From: Flavobacterium sp.
GTDB taxonomy: Bacteria; Bacteroidota; Bacteroidia; Flavobacteriales; Flavobacteriaceae
Length of the DNA stretch: 64,000 nt
Direction of reading: 5' to 3'
Assembly (NCBI RefSeq): GCF_035292545.1
Contig: NZ_DATDPV010000009.1
Span: forward strand, 24,239 to 88,238
Shown: piece after piece, positions 1-10,482 of the stretch
How positions within the stretch are numbered: the stretch's first letter is position 1
How the letters are laid out: every line of letters begins with the position of its first letter
Notes under the pieces: model-generated
The model's database searches: none
What the model saw: only the letters and a program-made list of their open reading frames with translations
What the model was told of the DNA's origin: nothing
Position numbers and translations under genes: made by a program

Positions 1-2
1 CC

Positions 3-440
3 ATGCTTGCCAGAATTGATGGTGTTAACAATTACCTTATGTATTCCGACAGGCCAACACAATGGAATAATCCAGTTATGATTCAGGAACCTCGTTATCC
101 TTGGGAATTTACACAAATTGGAAACTGTGGATCACCACTTTGGACCGAAGAAGGCTGGTTGGTTATTACGCACGGGGTAGGTGCCATGAGGCGATATTGC
201 CTGGGCGCATCGCTATTTGATCTTGAAGATCCTTCGAAGGAAATTGGAAGGCTTAAAGAGCCCTTGCTTTAACCACTGGAAGGCGAACGAGAAGGTTATG
301 TGCCGAATGTAGTGTATTCTTGCGGCTCGATTATTCACAACAACAGCCTGATATTACCTTATGCCGTATCAGACTATTCCTCTACTTATGGCGTGGTGGA
401 TATGGTAGAATTGATGACTGCGTTGAAGAAAAGTAAATGA
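3..440 (+). pseudogene. 3' part of a GH130-family glycosidase/phosphorylase, interrupted by an in-frame TAA at 270-272
   Basis: ORF 3..272 has GH130-like motifs (GNCGSP, WLVITHGVG). The same frame continues after TAA with PLEGEREGYVPNVVYSCG... to TGA at 438-440. The 5' end lies outside the window. Confidence 0.75.
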
Positions 441-689
441 TGGTTTGAATACTTCACCATTTCTACTCGTTTAATGGTCTGTGAAAAATGCAGTAAAAAA
501 CCGAAGACGATTTATTTATACTTTGGTTTCCGACTTTGATATGCTGAGTCATATTATTTCCCCACTGATAATTAAATACTTAATGGTAATTATGTAACTT
601 ATATATAAAATTTTGTAACAATCTAGTACAAAAGATTATAGAACTTTGTCTCGTTGTGAAAATTCATTCGCAATCTAAATTATATTCAT

Positions 690-1451
690 ATGAAAAAGTT
701 AATTTTTATTGTATCTGTTGTTGTATTTGCAATTACGTTGAACTCTTGTAATGATAGTGATTCAAATTCTAATTATCCTTATAAAGTTAGAATGACAGAT
801 GCTCCGGGACCTTATGATGAGGTTAATATTGATTTGCAAGGAGTTGAAGTTACTGGTTCTAATGGAGAAATGGTTACTTTAAACACTACAGCTGGAATTT
901 ATAATCTTATAGATTTATCTAACGGTTTAAGCGCTTTAATTGCTACGAGTACTTTACATGATGCCACAGTGGCACAAATCAGATTGATTCTTGGAACTAA
1001 CAACACAGTTGTTATTGATGGAATAAGTTATCCTTTGAGCACGCCAAGTGCTGATCAGTCAGGTTTAAAATTATTAGTAAATCAAACACTTCAAGCAGAT
1101 ATTCAAAATGAAATTCTTATTGATTTTGATGCTAATACTTCAATTGTTGAAACTGGAAATGGAACTTATAAATTAAAACCGGTTTTAAGAACAGTGGTTA
1201 CTGCTATAAGTGGAAACATTAAAGGAAATATCACTCCAGCAGGAACAGTGGCTGCAGTAAGTGCAACTTCATCCACTGGTGTTGTATATACCAGTAATGT
1301 AAATGAACTTGGTCAATTTCAAATTTCAGGACTTCCATCAGGAACTTACACTTTTACTGTTACACCAGCATTACCATTGCTTCCTGTTACTCAATTAAAT
1401 GTTGTAGTTGTTGCGGGTGCTACGGTTACATTAGATGTTATAAATCTATAA
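690..1451 (+). CDS. DUF4382-like lipoprotein with C-terminal beta-sandwich (carboxypeptidase-regulatory-like) domain
   Basis: Lipobox LNSC; MTDAP start motif, ILIDFDA and YKLKPV motifs typical of DUF4382. Confidence 0.75.
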   Translation: MKKLIFIVSVVVFAITLNSCNDSDSNSNYPYKVRMTDAPGPYDEVNIDLQGVEVTGSNGEMVTLNTTAGIYNLIDLSNGLSALIATSTLHDATVAQIRLILGTNNTVVIDGISYPLSTPSADQSGLKLLVNQTLQADIQNEILIDFDANTSIVETGNGTYKLKPVLRTVVTAISGNIKGNITPAGTVAAVSATSSTGVVYTSNVNELGQFQISGLPSGTYTFTVTPALPLLPVTQLNVVVVAGATVTLDVINL

Positions 1452-1484
1452 GTTAATAAGTTATAAACAATAACGTTTATTTTT

Positions 1485-1522
1485 AAAGAGATTGTACAAT
1501 TGTTTTTGTGCAATCTCTTTTT
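1485..1522 (+). terminator. Intrinsic terminator
   Basis: AAAGAGATTGTACAA / TTGTGCAATCTCTTT inverted repeat followed by T-run. Confidence 0.7.
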
Positions 1523-1619
1523 ATTTGATTTCTTCTTAAAAAATACTTTATTCATATTTTGGGAATAGAACAGTTTCAAAAACATATAAATAGTAAATTT
1601 ACACTGTAAATAAATACCT

Positions 1620-2477
1620 ATGCTATTTCTAATTTTGAGCATTCTATGCAGTGTAACCGTGGGGGCAATCTTTAAAGCCGCACGCCAATATACTATCAGC
1701 AACATACAAATTGTTGCTTCAAATTATGTGTTTGCCCTTATACTTTGTTATCTGTCATTTCCGCCAGATGTTAACTCAATAGGAGCTGAGGCACCTTGGA
1801 GTATTTATATAGCGATAGGTGTTTTGTTACCCGCTGTATTTCTTATTATGGCTGCCTCTATAAAACACATGGGTATTGTAAAAACAGATGCCGCTCAGCG
1901 CCTTTCCCTGTTTATTCCTATTTTGGCCGCGTGGTTGATCTTTAGAGAAGAATTCAATATTCTTAAAATTACGGCCTTTATGGTAGCATTACCGGCACTG
2001 GTGCTTATTCTCTCCAAATACACCGAAAGTACTAAAAATAGATGGGGCTATCCTGCAGCAGTTTTACTTGGTTATGGTGTTATTGATGTTCTTTTTAAAC
2101 AAATTGCCACCTATACAAGTCTGCCTTATACGACCTCATTATTTGTGGTTTTTGGTATTGCATTGGTGATTATGATTGGAGTCGTTGTCTATGAAGTGCT
2201 CATCAGTAAACAACCATTAAACATCAGAAGCATTCTTTTTGGAGCTTTGGTCGGGATTTTCAACTTTGGAAATATTCTTTTCTACCTGAAAGCACATCAG
2301 GAATTTGCCGATAACCCTTCAACCGTTTTTGCCGGGATGAATATGGGCGTAATTATTATAGGAAGCCTGACAGGTATCTTCATTTTTAAAGAGAAACTGA
2401 CCAAAATGAATTATATAGGTCTTTTTCTGGCTTTAATAGCAATTGTTTTAATTGTAATGTCGCAGCATTACAAATAA
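1620..2477 (+). CDS. DMT/EamA-family membrane transporter
   Basis: 285 aa, about 10 hydrophobic helices in two repeats, C-terminal IFKEKL..N.IG motif. Confidence 0.8.
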   Translation: MLFLILSILCSVTVGAIFKAARQYTISNIQIVASNYVFALILCYLSFPPDVNSIGAEAPWSIYIAIGVLLPAVFLIMAASIKHMGIVKTDAAQRLSLFIPILAAWLIFREEFNILKITAFMVALPALVLILSKYTESTKNRWGYPAAVLLGYGVIDVLFKQIATYTSLPYTTSLFVVFGIALVIMIGVVVYEVLISKQPLNIRSILFGALVGIFNFGNILFYLKAHQEFADNPSTVFAGMNMGVIIIGSLTGIFIFKEKLTKMNYIGLFLALIAIVLIVMSQHYK

Positions 2478-2536
2478 TACGTTTTAACTAAATATTTCAT
2501 ATATTACTGAAGAATTATTCATTAAAAATTTAAATT

Positions 2537-3109
2537 ATGAAAAAATTATTTTTCCTTTTGATTGTAGTTTTATGTAATGCGACTTTATTTGCACAAACTA
2601 CCTGGAACGCTGATCCAATGCATTCCAATTTATCCTTTAGCATTACGCACATGGGCATTTCCGACATTGACGGATTATTTAATACGTTTACCGCTTCAGC
2701 AACTACTACCAAAGCGGATTTCAGTGATGCTGTTTTTGAACTTTCTACAGAAGTGGCTTCCATTAATACTCAGGTAGAACAGCGAGATAAGCATTTAAGA
2801 AGTGCCGATTTTTTTGATGTTGAAAAATATCCGAAAATGACCTTTAAAAGCACCTTAATAAAAAAGAAATCTAAAAACAGATACAAATTGAGAGGTAATC
2901 TTACCATGCACGGAATTACTAAAATGGTAAACCTGACTCTTTGGTATAGGGGAACTGTTGAAAATCCACAGTCAAAGGCTATGATTTCGGGTTTTCAGAT
3001 TTCAGGAACTTTAAAACGCAGTGATTTTGGTATTGGCTCCGGTTTTACTGAGGCCATGCTAAGTGATTTTGTAAAGATAAAAGCAGATTGTGAGTTTATA
3101 AAACAATAA
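2537..3109 (+). CDS. YceI-family lipid/polyisoprenoid-binding protein
   Basis: Signal peptide; DPMHS, SINT...RDKHLRSADFFDVEKYP, LTMHGITK, RSDFGIG motifs. Confidence 0.9.
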   Translation: MKKLFFLLIVVLCNATLFAQTTWNADPMHSNLSFSITHMGISDIDGLFNTFTASATTTKADFSDAVFELSTEVASINTQVEQRDKHLRSADFFDVEKYPKMTFKSTLIKKKSKNRYKLRGNLTMHGITKMVNLTLWYRGTVENPQSKAMISGFQISGTLKRSDFGIGSGFTEAMLSDFVKIKADCEFIKQ

Positions 3110-3164
3110 ACTTTATTTGGAGTCGAACTTCTTTTAGTTCAATTGGCCCACAACTTTAAAAACA

Positions 3165-3204
3165 TACAAAACCCGTCTCATATTGCAATAAGACGGGTTT
3201 TGTA
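3165..3204. terminator. Bidirectional intrinsic terminator
   Basis: TACAAAACCCGTCT / AGACGGGTTTTGTA 14-bp inverted repeat between convergent genes. Confidence 0.8.
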
Positions 3205-3233
3205 ACATCATAAAATAGAATGTAAAGAGATAT

Positions 3234-4289
3234 TTATGGTTCAATAATCACTTTCATGGCTTTTTCTTTGGACGCATTTCCAAATACTTCATATGCCTGC
3301 AAAATTTCATCGAGTTTAAAATGATGCGTTATCAGCTTATTTGGATCTATTTTTTTAGAAGTAACTGTTTTCAACAACATGGGTGTGGTATTGGTATTGA
3401 CCAGACCGGTGGTTATTGTAATATTTTGAATCCAGAGGTTTTGAATTTGTAAATCCACACTTTTACCGTGCACGCCAATGTTGGCAATATGTCCGCCTGG
3501 GCGTATGATTTTCTGACAAATATCAAAAGTAGCCGGCATTCCCACTGCTTCAATGGCTACATCTACACCGTCTTTTGTTTCTGACATAATCCTTTTTACG
3601 GCATCTTCTTTTTCGGAATTGATGGTATCTGTAGCGCCGAATTTCTTAGCTAATTCCAGTCTGTTTTCATCCAGATCAATCACATATATTTTTGCGGGTG
3701 AATAAAATTGAGCGGTCAGCAATACTGACATACCGATAGGTCCTGCGCCTACAATAGCAATGGTGTCTCCGGGTTTAACCTGTCCGTTTTGTACGCCAAT
3801 TTCATGTCCTGTTGGTAAAATATCGCTTAACATTACTAATGCTTCCTCATCTGATCCGGCAGGAATATGATGGAGACTGTTGTCTGCATGCGGAATACGT
3901 ACATATTCTGCTTGAGTACCATTAATTAAATGGCCTAATATCCAGCCACCGTCTTCACAATGGGAATACATTTGTTTTTTGCAATATTCGCAGGTGCCAT
4001 CTGATGTAATACAGGAAATAATCACATGATCTCCTTTTTTAAAACTTCTAACGCCTTCGCCTACTTCTTCAATAACGCCCACTCCTTCATGTCCCAGTGT
4101 GGTTCCTGGTTTGCAGGAAGGTGTCTTTCCGTGCAAAATACCTAAGTCAGTTCCACAAATCGTGGTCTTTAAAATTCTGACCAAAGCATCTGTTGGTTTT
4201 TCAATACTCGGCACAGGTATTTCTTTCAATTCAATTTTTCCCGGCCCTCCATATACAAGACCTTTCATTGTTGCTTTCATTCTTTGCAT
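3234..4289 (-). CDS. Zinc-dependent alcohol dehydrogenase (MDR family)
   Basis: ICGTD, GHEGVG, structural Zn cluster (C/D-x2-C-x2-C-x7-C), GAGPIG Rossmann motif. True start may be a downstream ATG. Confidence 0.92.
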   Translation of the reverse strand: MQRMKATMKGLVYGGPGKIELKEIPVPSIEKPTDALVRILKTTICGTDLGILHGKTPSCKPGTTLGHEGVGVIEEVGEGVRSFKKGDHVIISCITSDGTCEYCKKQMYSHCEDGGWILGHLINGTQAEYVRIPHADNSLHHIPAGSDEEALVMLSDILPTGHEIGVQNGQVKPGDTIAIVGAGPIGMSVLLTAQFYSPAKIYVIDLDENRLELAKKFGATDTINSEKEDAVKRIMSETKDGVDVAIEAVGMPATFDICQKIIRPGGHIANIGVHGKSVDLQIQNLWIQNITITTGLVNTNTTPMLLKTVTSKKIDPNKLITHHFKLDEILQAYEVFGNASKEKAMKVIIEP

Positions 4290-4709
4290 GTTTTAAAGTT
4301 TATTGCATTGGTAGATACTAATTGTTCAGCTTTATCTCAAACTACTTATGCTGTTTCGAGTTCTGGAAGTGGGTCTGGGATTAAAGTCTCCTCTTGCGCA
4401 ATAGAATTGCCTATTAAAGATGACTTTAATCATTTCATTATGAATGAATTATTAGTGTAATTTATTACAATAAAGATAGTTAATTTAATCATTATTATAC
4501 ATGATGAAAGTATCATTACTAGCAGATAAAGATGAGATTGGCTTTAAAATAATTAAAAAACGTCAAGAAATTATACAAAGCAAGACGTCATTTAATATAG
4601 GAACTTTATCTAAAATTGAATCTTTTCAATTTGACATCATCTTTGGCTTATCTTTTGTATTGTAGAAAGTAGCGTTTCAATATCTTATAATATAAAAGAG
4701 CCAAAAAGT

Positions 4710-5084
4710 ATGAAAAAATTGATTTTAATGCTATTGCTAACTGGCAGTGCGTATGCTCAGGAACAAGTATTTAACGTTCAGCGTTATTGCGTGGACGAAA
4801 TCCCTTTTAAGAAAGGAGAATGTGATATATTAGGAAATGAATATTCTTTCGTGTTCTTAGATACCAAAAAGAATGATGTAGTATTGTTTCTCACTGATAC
4901 GAGATTGGAATATAAAATTGTTAGCTCTGGTGTCCTTTCTTCCGATCCTGATTACACGCGCTATACTTTAGAAAATAAGTCAGGCCAAATTGAGATGAAA
5001 GTAAACAAACAGCACACAAAAATGGAATTCCTATATCCAAATAGCCGCATCTATTTAACTGTAGGTAAATCCACTAAGCTATAA
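4710..5084 (+). CDS. Secreted hypothetical protein
   Basis: 124 aa ORF with signal peptide MKKLILMLLLTGSAYA. Confidence 0.7.
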   Translation: MKKLILMLLLTGSAYAQEQVFNVQRYCVDEIPFKKGECDILGNEYSFVFLDTKKNDVVLFLTDTRLEYKIVSSGVLSSDPDYTRYTLENKSGQIEMKVNKQHTKMEFLYPNSRIYLTVGKSTKL

Positions 5085-5125
5085 CTGCCAAATATGGGTT
5101 AACCTAATCTTGGATATACTAAAAA

Positions 5126-5172
5126 AAAATAAAAACCCTTTTAATCGTGTGATTTTTAGGGTTTTTATTTTT
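5126..5172 (+). terminator. Intrinsic terminator
   Basis: AAAATAAAAACCCT ... AGGGTTTTTATTTT inverted repeat. Confidence 0.65.
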
Positions 5173-5335
5173 TAAATTCATTTCATTTTAAAGTAAAAAT
5201 TCAACGCTAATGTAAAAGTTGTTAATTTGAAAAAAATAAGCAGAAGTTTTTTAATATTTCAACTTTCAGAGATGCTGTAATGTTAAAATATTCTAAATCT
5301 TTTATTGTACTTTAGCGTTAAATATTTGACCTTAG

Positions 5336-6088
5336 ATGAAATTGAAAGTTATTATTGTTGATGATGAGTTGCACGCCAGAAGTTTTTTAAGAAAACTTTG
5401 CGAACGTTATTATATAGATCGCATTGAGGTAGTAGATGAATGCATTTCGGTTGAAAGTGCGGTTGTTTCAATTAGGAAATATAAGCCGGATTTGGTATTT
5501 TTAGATATTCAAATGCCTAATGAAAATGGATTTCACTTGCTTGACTATTTTGACGGGATTCCTTTTGAGATTATTTTTACCACCGCATATAAAGATCATG
5601 CATTAGAGGCAATTAAGTGCAGTGCACTGGATTTTTTAGTTAAACCTATTGGTGTTGATGATTTTAAGAATGCTATCCATAAATATAATTCTAAAACAAA
5701 TACTAATATAGGTATAGATCGATTTAAATTATTATCAGAGAATATCAATAACCAATTTGCAGACAAACAACGGATAATTTTTTCGACAAAAAATGGTTTT
5801 AAAGTTATCCAAGCCAATACTATTGTTTACTGTAAGGCAGAAGAATCCTACACTAATATTTATACAATAGAAGATGATTTACTATCTTCCAAATCATTTA
5901 AAGAAATATGTGAGCTACTTGTAGAACCCACTTTTATTAAAGTCCACAAAAGTTATTTGGTAAATGTTAATTATATAAAAAGCTTTAATTCAGTAGATTA
6001 TACTCTAGAAATGATTACTGATGCTAAGGTTCTCGTTTCAGATAAATCATTTACTAAAAAGAAATTGATTGATGCGATTACGAAATAG
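5336..6088 (+). CDS. LytTR-family response regulator
   Basis: Receiver IIVDDE, FLDIQMP, FTTAY, LVKP; C-terminal LytTR FIKVHKSYLVN. Confidence 0.92.
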   Translation: MKLKVIIVDDELHARSFLRKLCERYYIDRIEVVDECISVESAVVSIRKYKPDLVFLDIQMPNENGFHLLDYFDGIPFEIIFTTAYKDHALEAIKCSALDFLVKPIGVDDFKNAIHKYNSKTNTNIGIDRFKLLSENINNQFADKQRIIFSTKNGFKVIQANTIVYCKAEESYTNIYTIEDDLLSSKSFKEICELLVEPTFIKVHKSYLVNVNYIKSFNSVDYTLEMITDAKVLVSDKSFTKKKLIDAITK

Positions 6089-9065
6089 TCTTTTTCTTTA
6101 TTTTTTATTTTTTTTCACGGGTTCCTTATTCGGGCAATATTTGCCTTCTAAAAATTACACTACTACAGATGGTTTGCCTAATAATGCGGTTCGAGCATTA
6201 TTTCTTAATTCAAAAAACATATTATGGATTGGCACTGAAAATGGTGTCTCAAGAATGGAAAACGGTACGTTTTCTAATTTTAATGAATTGGATGGATTAG
6301 GTCATAACAGTTGTTGGGACATATCTCAAGATACAAACGGAAACATGTGGTTTGGCAGTTATGGCGGCGGGGTGAGTAAATTTGACGGTAAAAAATTTAC
6401 AGTTTTTACAACAAAAAATGGTTTGCTTGCCGATAGAACCCGAAAAGTATTTCCATATAAAAATAAAATATATGTAGGTACCGAACAAGGGGTTTCCATT
6501 ATCGATATCAACACGAATAAAATTGTTTCGCCTAAAGTTCCCCCACACAAAGATGATTTTATTGCTATTTCTCTTTTTGAATACCTGGGAGAAGTCTATT
6601 TTACTACAATTTTTGAAGGTTTATTCAAAATAGATGAATCTGGTATTGTTCCTAAAGTTATACCTGTAGTAATGCATAAGAATACTTATAGTTTGGGACT
6701 TTTTGGCTCGACACTTTACAGCAGTAACGAAGGTTTTATTGATAAATTCGATATTTCAAATATAAAGAAAGGGGATTTTTCTTCTTCAAAATTTGGACAA
6801 TCTATTGTTTGGCAATATGCAAGAGACAAAAGAAACACCATTTTTGCCGCAGCTTGGGGAATCTACAATCCTGATGGAGGATTGTATCGCATAGAAAATG
6901 ATAAAATGATTGATGTTTCTGAATATTTCGGAATTGAGTCTAAAATTTTATTAAATGTAGTCTATGACAAAAATAAAGATATTCTTTATGTAGGTTCCAA
7001 TGACAAAGGTATTTATGAAGTTCGTTTAGATAAAATGATTGATTATGATTTGTTTGATAGTAAATACATCATAGATTTTGAGAGTTTAGGAAAAAATAAA
7101 TTGGTATTGCATAATAAAGGAATTTCTATTTTAAATCCAAACAAAACGGTTTTGAAAAGCATTTCCTTATCTGATTTTAAAAACGTTGAAACCGATTTTT
7201 TAAACAAAAACAAGAATAAAATTGCTGCTCAATATCGTGAATCAAAAGATTTTGAACTCAATTTTAATATACCTGCCAGCGGAATTGAGTTTTATGAAAT
7301 GGTGAAAAACCAAAATTCTTTCTGGATAGGCAGCAATATTGGAATATTTGAAATTAATAGTCAAGGGAAAATCATTAATTATGTTCCAAAACATAGTCTC
7401 AAAATTGGCTTTACAGCTAAGAATCAATTTATAGAAACCATTCCATACGCTGGTGTTTATGTCTATGACGATGTGTATCATTTAAAAGGAAAACATTATT
7501 CAAAGTTTGAAAAACATACACCTCAAGACATTGTAAAAATTCTCAATCATAAGGATAAAACTTATCTTTTGTCTGTTTTTAATGGATTGTATGTGCATAA
7601 AAACAACCAATTTCAATCCTACTTAGCTGATGGCATTTGGAAAGAAAATAAATTTAAAAACATCACGGTTAACCAGAAAGGACAACTTATTTTATCCGCC
7701 GAATTTGGTGATGTATTTATAATAGATGATTCGAATTCGTTTAAAGTTTTAAAAACTATTTCTAAAAAAGAAATTATTGGAAATACCATTTTATTTCTCG
7801 AAGCTTATAAAGATTTTATTTTCATTGGAACTGAAAAGGGAATCAATATCTATAAAAACGGGAAAATAAGATTGATAGACAAGGAGCAAGGCTTAAAAGA
7901 TTGTGTCATAACCACCTCCCAAATTTTTGATAATGAATTGTGGTTGGGGACCAAAAAAGGTTATTATACAATTGATTTAAAACAATTGGTTCAGGAGCCA
8001 ATCACCGTTTCAAAGTTAGAAATCAGTAACATCGCTGTGAATAATATTCCAATAAAAAAGGCGAATTTCAATTGGTTTAGGTTTACATTAAAAGAGCTGA
8101 TTTTCGATTATAAACACAATTCATTTTCAATTGATTTTGTTCCAACAGGGCATGCAATTGCTAACAAACTGAAATTCCGTTACCGATTAAAAAACACCAA
8201 TCGTTGGAGTCCTTATAGTGAAAAAACCAATTTATTTTTACCGTATTTGCCCTATGGGAAGTATGATGTTGAGGTAGAAGTATCTGATTTGAATGCCGGA
8301 AAAACAACTGTTTTTAAGTTGTTGAAAATCACTATTAAGCCCCCTTTTTGGCTGAGCCTGTGGTTTGTTTCCATTTTAATTTTAGGAATATTGGGCACTT
8401 CTTTTCACTTTATTCTGGCTGAAAAAAAGAGAGCAAAAGAGAAAGCTGATATTCAAAAACGTATCGCTGAAACCAAACTGGAAGCCTTATTAAGCCAGAT
8501 GAATCCGCATTTTATTTTTAATGCGATGAACGCCATACAATATTATATCATCAGTAATGACATTGATAATTCGTTATTTTATATTGGTGAATTTGCCAAA
8601 CTGATGCGAAAAACTTTAGAAAATTCGTCTAGACAAACCATTACCATTAATGAGGAAATAGACTATTTGAAAACCTACATTACCATTGAAAATATGCGTT
8701 TTGACAATCGAATTGATTGTGAATTCCAAATTTCACCCGAAGTGGATACGGATTTTCATGAAATCCCTACAATGCTGTTACAACCCTTTGTAGAGAATGT
8801 TTTTGTGCATGCTTTTGATGCTTCACATCAATCACCAAAGTTGATTGTCTCTTTTAATATGATTTCAGAAAACCTTTTACAATGTAAAATTATTGACAAT
8901 GGAAAAGGAATGAACGATGCAAAGCATTCAATCGGACATAAGTCCAAAGGTATTGAATTAACGAAAGAGCGTTTATCGCTTTTACAAGATCCGATAGTTA
9001 ATCCAATTACGATTTTCCATGATAAAAATATAGGAACCACAGTCACAATCCGTTTGAAGGTGTAA
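6072..9065 (+). CDS. LytS-type sensor histidine kinase with periplasmic beta-propeller (Reg_prop) and Y_Y_Y domains
   Basis: DGLPNNAV/LWIGTENG propeller repeats, YRLKN..WSPY, TM helix, SQMNPHFIFNAMN, LLQPFVEN, DNGKG. ATG at 6072 preferred over TTG at 6069. Confidence 0.92.
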   Translation: MRLRNSLFLYFLFFFTGSLFGQYLPSKNYTTTDGLPNNAVRALFLNSKNILWIGTENGVSRMENGTFSNFNELDGLGHNSCWDISQDTNGNMWFGSYGGGVSKFDGKKFTVFTTKNGLLADRTRKVFPYKNKIYVGTEQGVSIIDINTNKIVSPKVPPHKDDFIAISLFEYLGEVYFTTIFEGLFKIDESGIVPKVIPVVMHKNTYSLGLFGSTLYSSNEGFIDKFDISNIKKGDFSSSKFGQSIVWQYARDKRNTIFAAAWGIYNPDGGLYRIENDKMIDVSEYFGIESKILLNVVYDKNKDILYVGSNDKGIYEVRLDKMIDYDLFDSKYIIDFESLGKNKLVLHNKGISILNPNKTVLKSISLSDFKNVETDFLNKNKNKIAAQYRESKDFELNFNIPASGIEFYEMVKNQNSFWIGSNIGIFEINSQGKIINYVPKHSLKIGFTAKNQFIETIPYAGVYVYDDVYHLKGKHYSKFEKHTPQDIVKILNHKDKTYLLSVFNGLYVHKNNQFQSYLADGIWKENKFKNITVNQKGQLILSAEFGDVFIIDDSNSFKVLKTISKKEIIGNTILFLEAYKDFIFIGTEKGINIYKNGKIRLIDKEQGLKDCVITTSQIFDNELWLGTKKGYYTIDLKQLVQEPITVSKLEISNIAVNNIPIKKANFNWFRFTLKELIFDYKHNSFSIDFVPTGHAIANKLKFRYRLKNTNRWSPYSEKTNLFLPYLPYGKYDVEVEVSDLNAGKTTVFKLLKITIKPPFWLSLWFVSILILGILGTSFHFILAEKKRAKEKADIQKRIAETKLEALLSQMNPHFIFNAMNAIQYYIISNDIDNSLFYIGEFAKLMRKTLENSSRQTITINEEIDYLKTYITIENMRFDNRIDCEFQISPEVDTDFHEIPTMLLQPFVENVFVHAFDASHQSPKLIVSFNMISENLLQCKIIDNGKGMNDAKHSIGHKSKGIELTKERLSLLQDPIVNPITIFHDKNIGTTVTIRLKV

Positions 9066-9082
9066 TGTTTTTTTCTGTCTGT

Positions 9083-9118
9083 AAAAAAGCTCCTGTCTGT
9101 TTTGACAGGAGCTTTTTT
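9083..9118 (+). terminator. Intrinsic terminator (copy 1 of a duplicated hairpin)
   Basis: AAAAAAGCTCCTGTC-TGTTTT-GACAGGAGCTTTTTT. Confidence 0.8.
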
Positions 9119-9363
9119 ATTTTAAAAAAAACCAAAAGGATGCTTTCATAGCTTAAAATGGTGCTTTTAAAAGATTCTATAATTTGATTATAAGAGATTT
9201 TTTATTTTCGATTAAGAAATTAATTAATCATCCAATAGAAATCAGAAAGATGCCTAATTGTTCTAGTAAATATTACGGTACTAAAAGTTCCTGAATTTCG
9301 AGTCTGCCCGCGAATTTCAGTAATCACCGCCCGAAAAATTTATAGTAAGTAAACCTACAAATC

Positions 9364-9936
9364 ATGGAACAAATTTTTTTAAACCTACAAAATTTTACTT
9401 TTTTGTCCTATTTGGCTTTAACAATTGTTGTTTTGAGTTTTTTTATGGGTAAAAAAAGTAATACGCCTTATAAATCTTTGTTATTCTCAAATCTGGGATT
9501 TTTCCTTTACAGATTTAGTATCGATAGTTTTCTGGGAATCAATAGTTATTTAGGAACTGATTTCGCCATGTATTTTATACTTATAAGTACTTTGTGTGCC
9601 ACATGGTTCTTATTAATAAAAAATAATGAGGATGAGAAAAATGAGGATAGAGGTTTTGTAAGAGAAACTCAAAATATGATTTATGAAGATGTTGAACCAA
9701 GATTGGATCAATTGCAGCACGGGGTTTCAAAATCTGCCGGTTTGGGTTTTTTCAATTATGTTTTGGAAGGAACAATGCATATTACACCGGATAAAGGACA
9801 AAATAAATTTTCAAGTTTTCTTGGTAATTTTTCCGGAGGAGAAAAAGGATATTATGAACATCCGCAAAGAGTGTACATTAATTGTTGTACCTATTTGATT
9901 TTGATTGCTATTCTGGGTTCTTTTTTCTTGATATAA
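9364..9936 (+). CDS. Hypothetical membrane protein (orphan-like)
   Basis: 190 aa, three N-terminal and one C-terminal hydrophobic segments; no recognisable motif. Confidence 0.6.
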   Translation: MEQIFLNLQNFTFLSYLALTIVVLSFFMGKKSNTPYKSLLFSNLGFFLYRFSIDSFLGINSYLGTDFAMYFILISTLCATWFLLIKNNEDEKNEDRGFVRETQNMIYEDVEPRLDQLQHGVSKSAGLGFFNYVLEGTMHITPDKGQNKFSSFLGNFSGGEKGYYEHPQRVYINCCTYLILIAILGSFFLI

Positions 9937-10090
9937 AATTTAAAAAGAGCGTTTTTATTTTAATAAACAGTAAGCAATATTTAATAATAATACACCTTAA
10001 AAATATAGTAAAGACATTGCATAGTCTGGTTTGGTGCTAAGAAAAATAGTGGTATAATTAATTATAGTTTTATTTTTATGTAATGTCCTT

Positions 10091-10124
10091 AAAGCTCTTG
10101 TCTGTTAGACAGGAGCTTTTTTTT
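10091..10124 (+). terminator. Intrinsic terminator (copy 2 of the duplicated hairpin)
   Basis: AAAGCTCTTGTCT-GTT-AGACAGGAGCTTTTTTTT, near-identical to 9083-9118. Confidence 0.75.
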
Positions 10125-10174
10125 GTTTGGTTGAGAAATTAATTAATCAAATCTAAAAATCAGGTCTAAGTTTT

Positions 10175-10432
10175 TTACCCAATGTCTTTAACATACCCGT
10201 CATATTCCAAATAAAACAATTCCAATGCATTCATCTTTTCAAAGAAAAAATCAAAAATTTCATCCCAATATTTTCTGTTGCTCACGCTAACCCCTAATTT
10301 GTCAAAGCAAACCCGGCACAAATTCTTCTTCCAGAATATTTTTTAAAGATTCCAGTTTTTCAAAATATTGGATTCGCTTTAATTCGTTTTGGTATTCGAT
10401 GTCAATCAATACTTGTGTTTCGGTATTTTCTA
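10175..10432 (-). pseudogene. Decayed copy of the DUF4268 gene (3' two-thirds, internal deletion of about 53 bp)
   Basis: 10201-10300 aligns without gaps to 17729-17828, and 10301-10432 to 17882-18013. Translates as ENTETQVLIDIEYQNELKRIQYFEKLESLKNILEEEFVPGLL* and ...LEYDGYVKDIG*; no start codon. Confidence 0.85.
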
Positions 10433-10482
10433 AATAATTTTATTTAAAGAAAAAGTCTGGCATTTCAGCGGACTTCGATTTA

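Noticed and set aside
1391-1705. 104-aa minus-strand ORF bridging two plus-strand genes
   Set aside because: Overlaps both neighbours and a terminator; compositionally implausible
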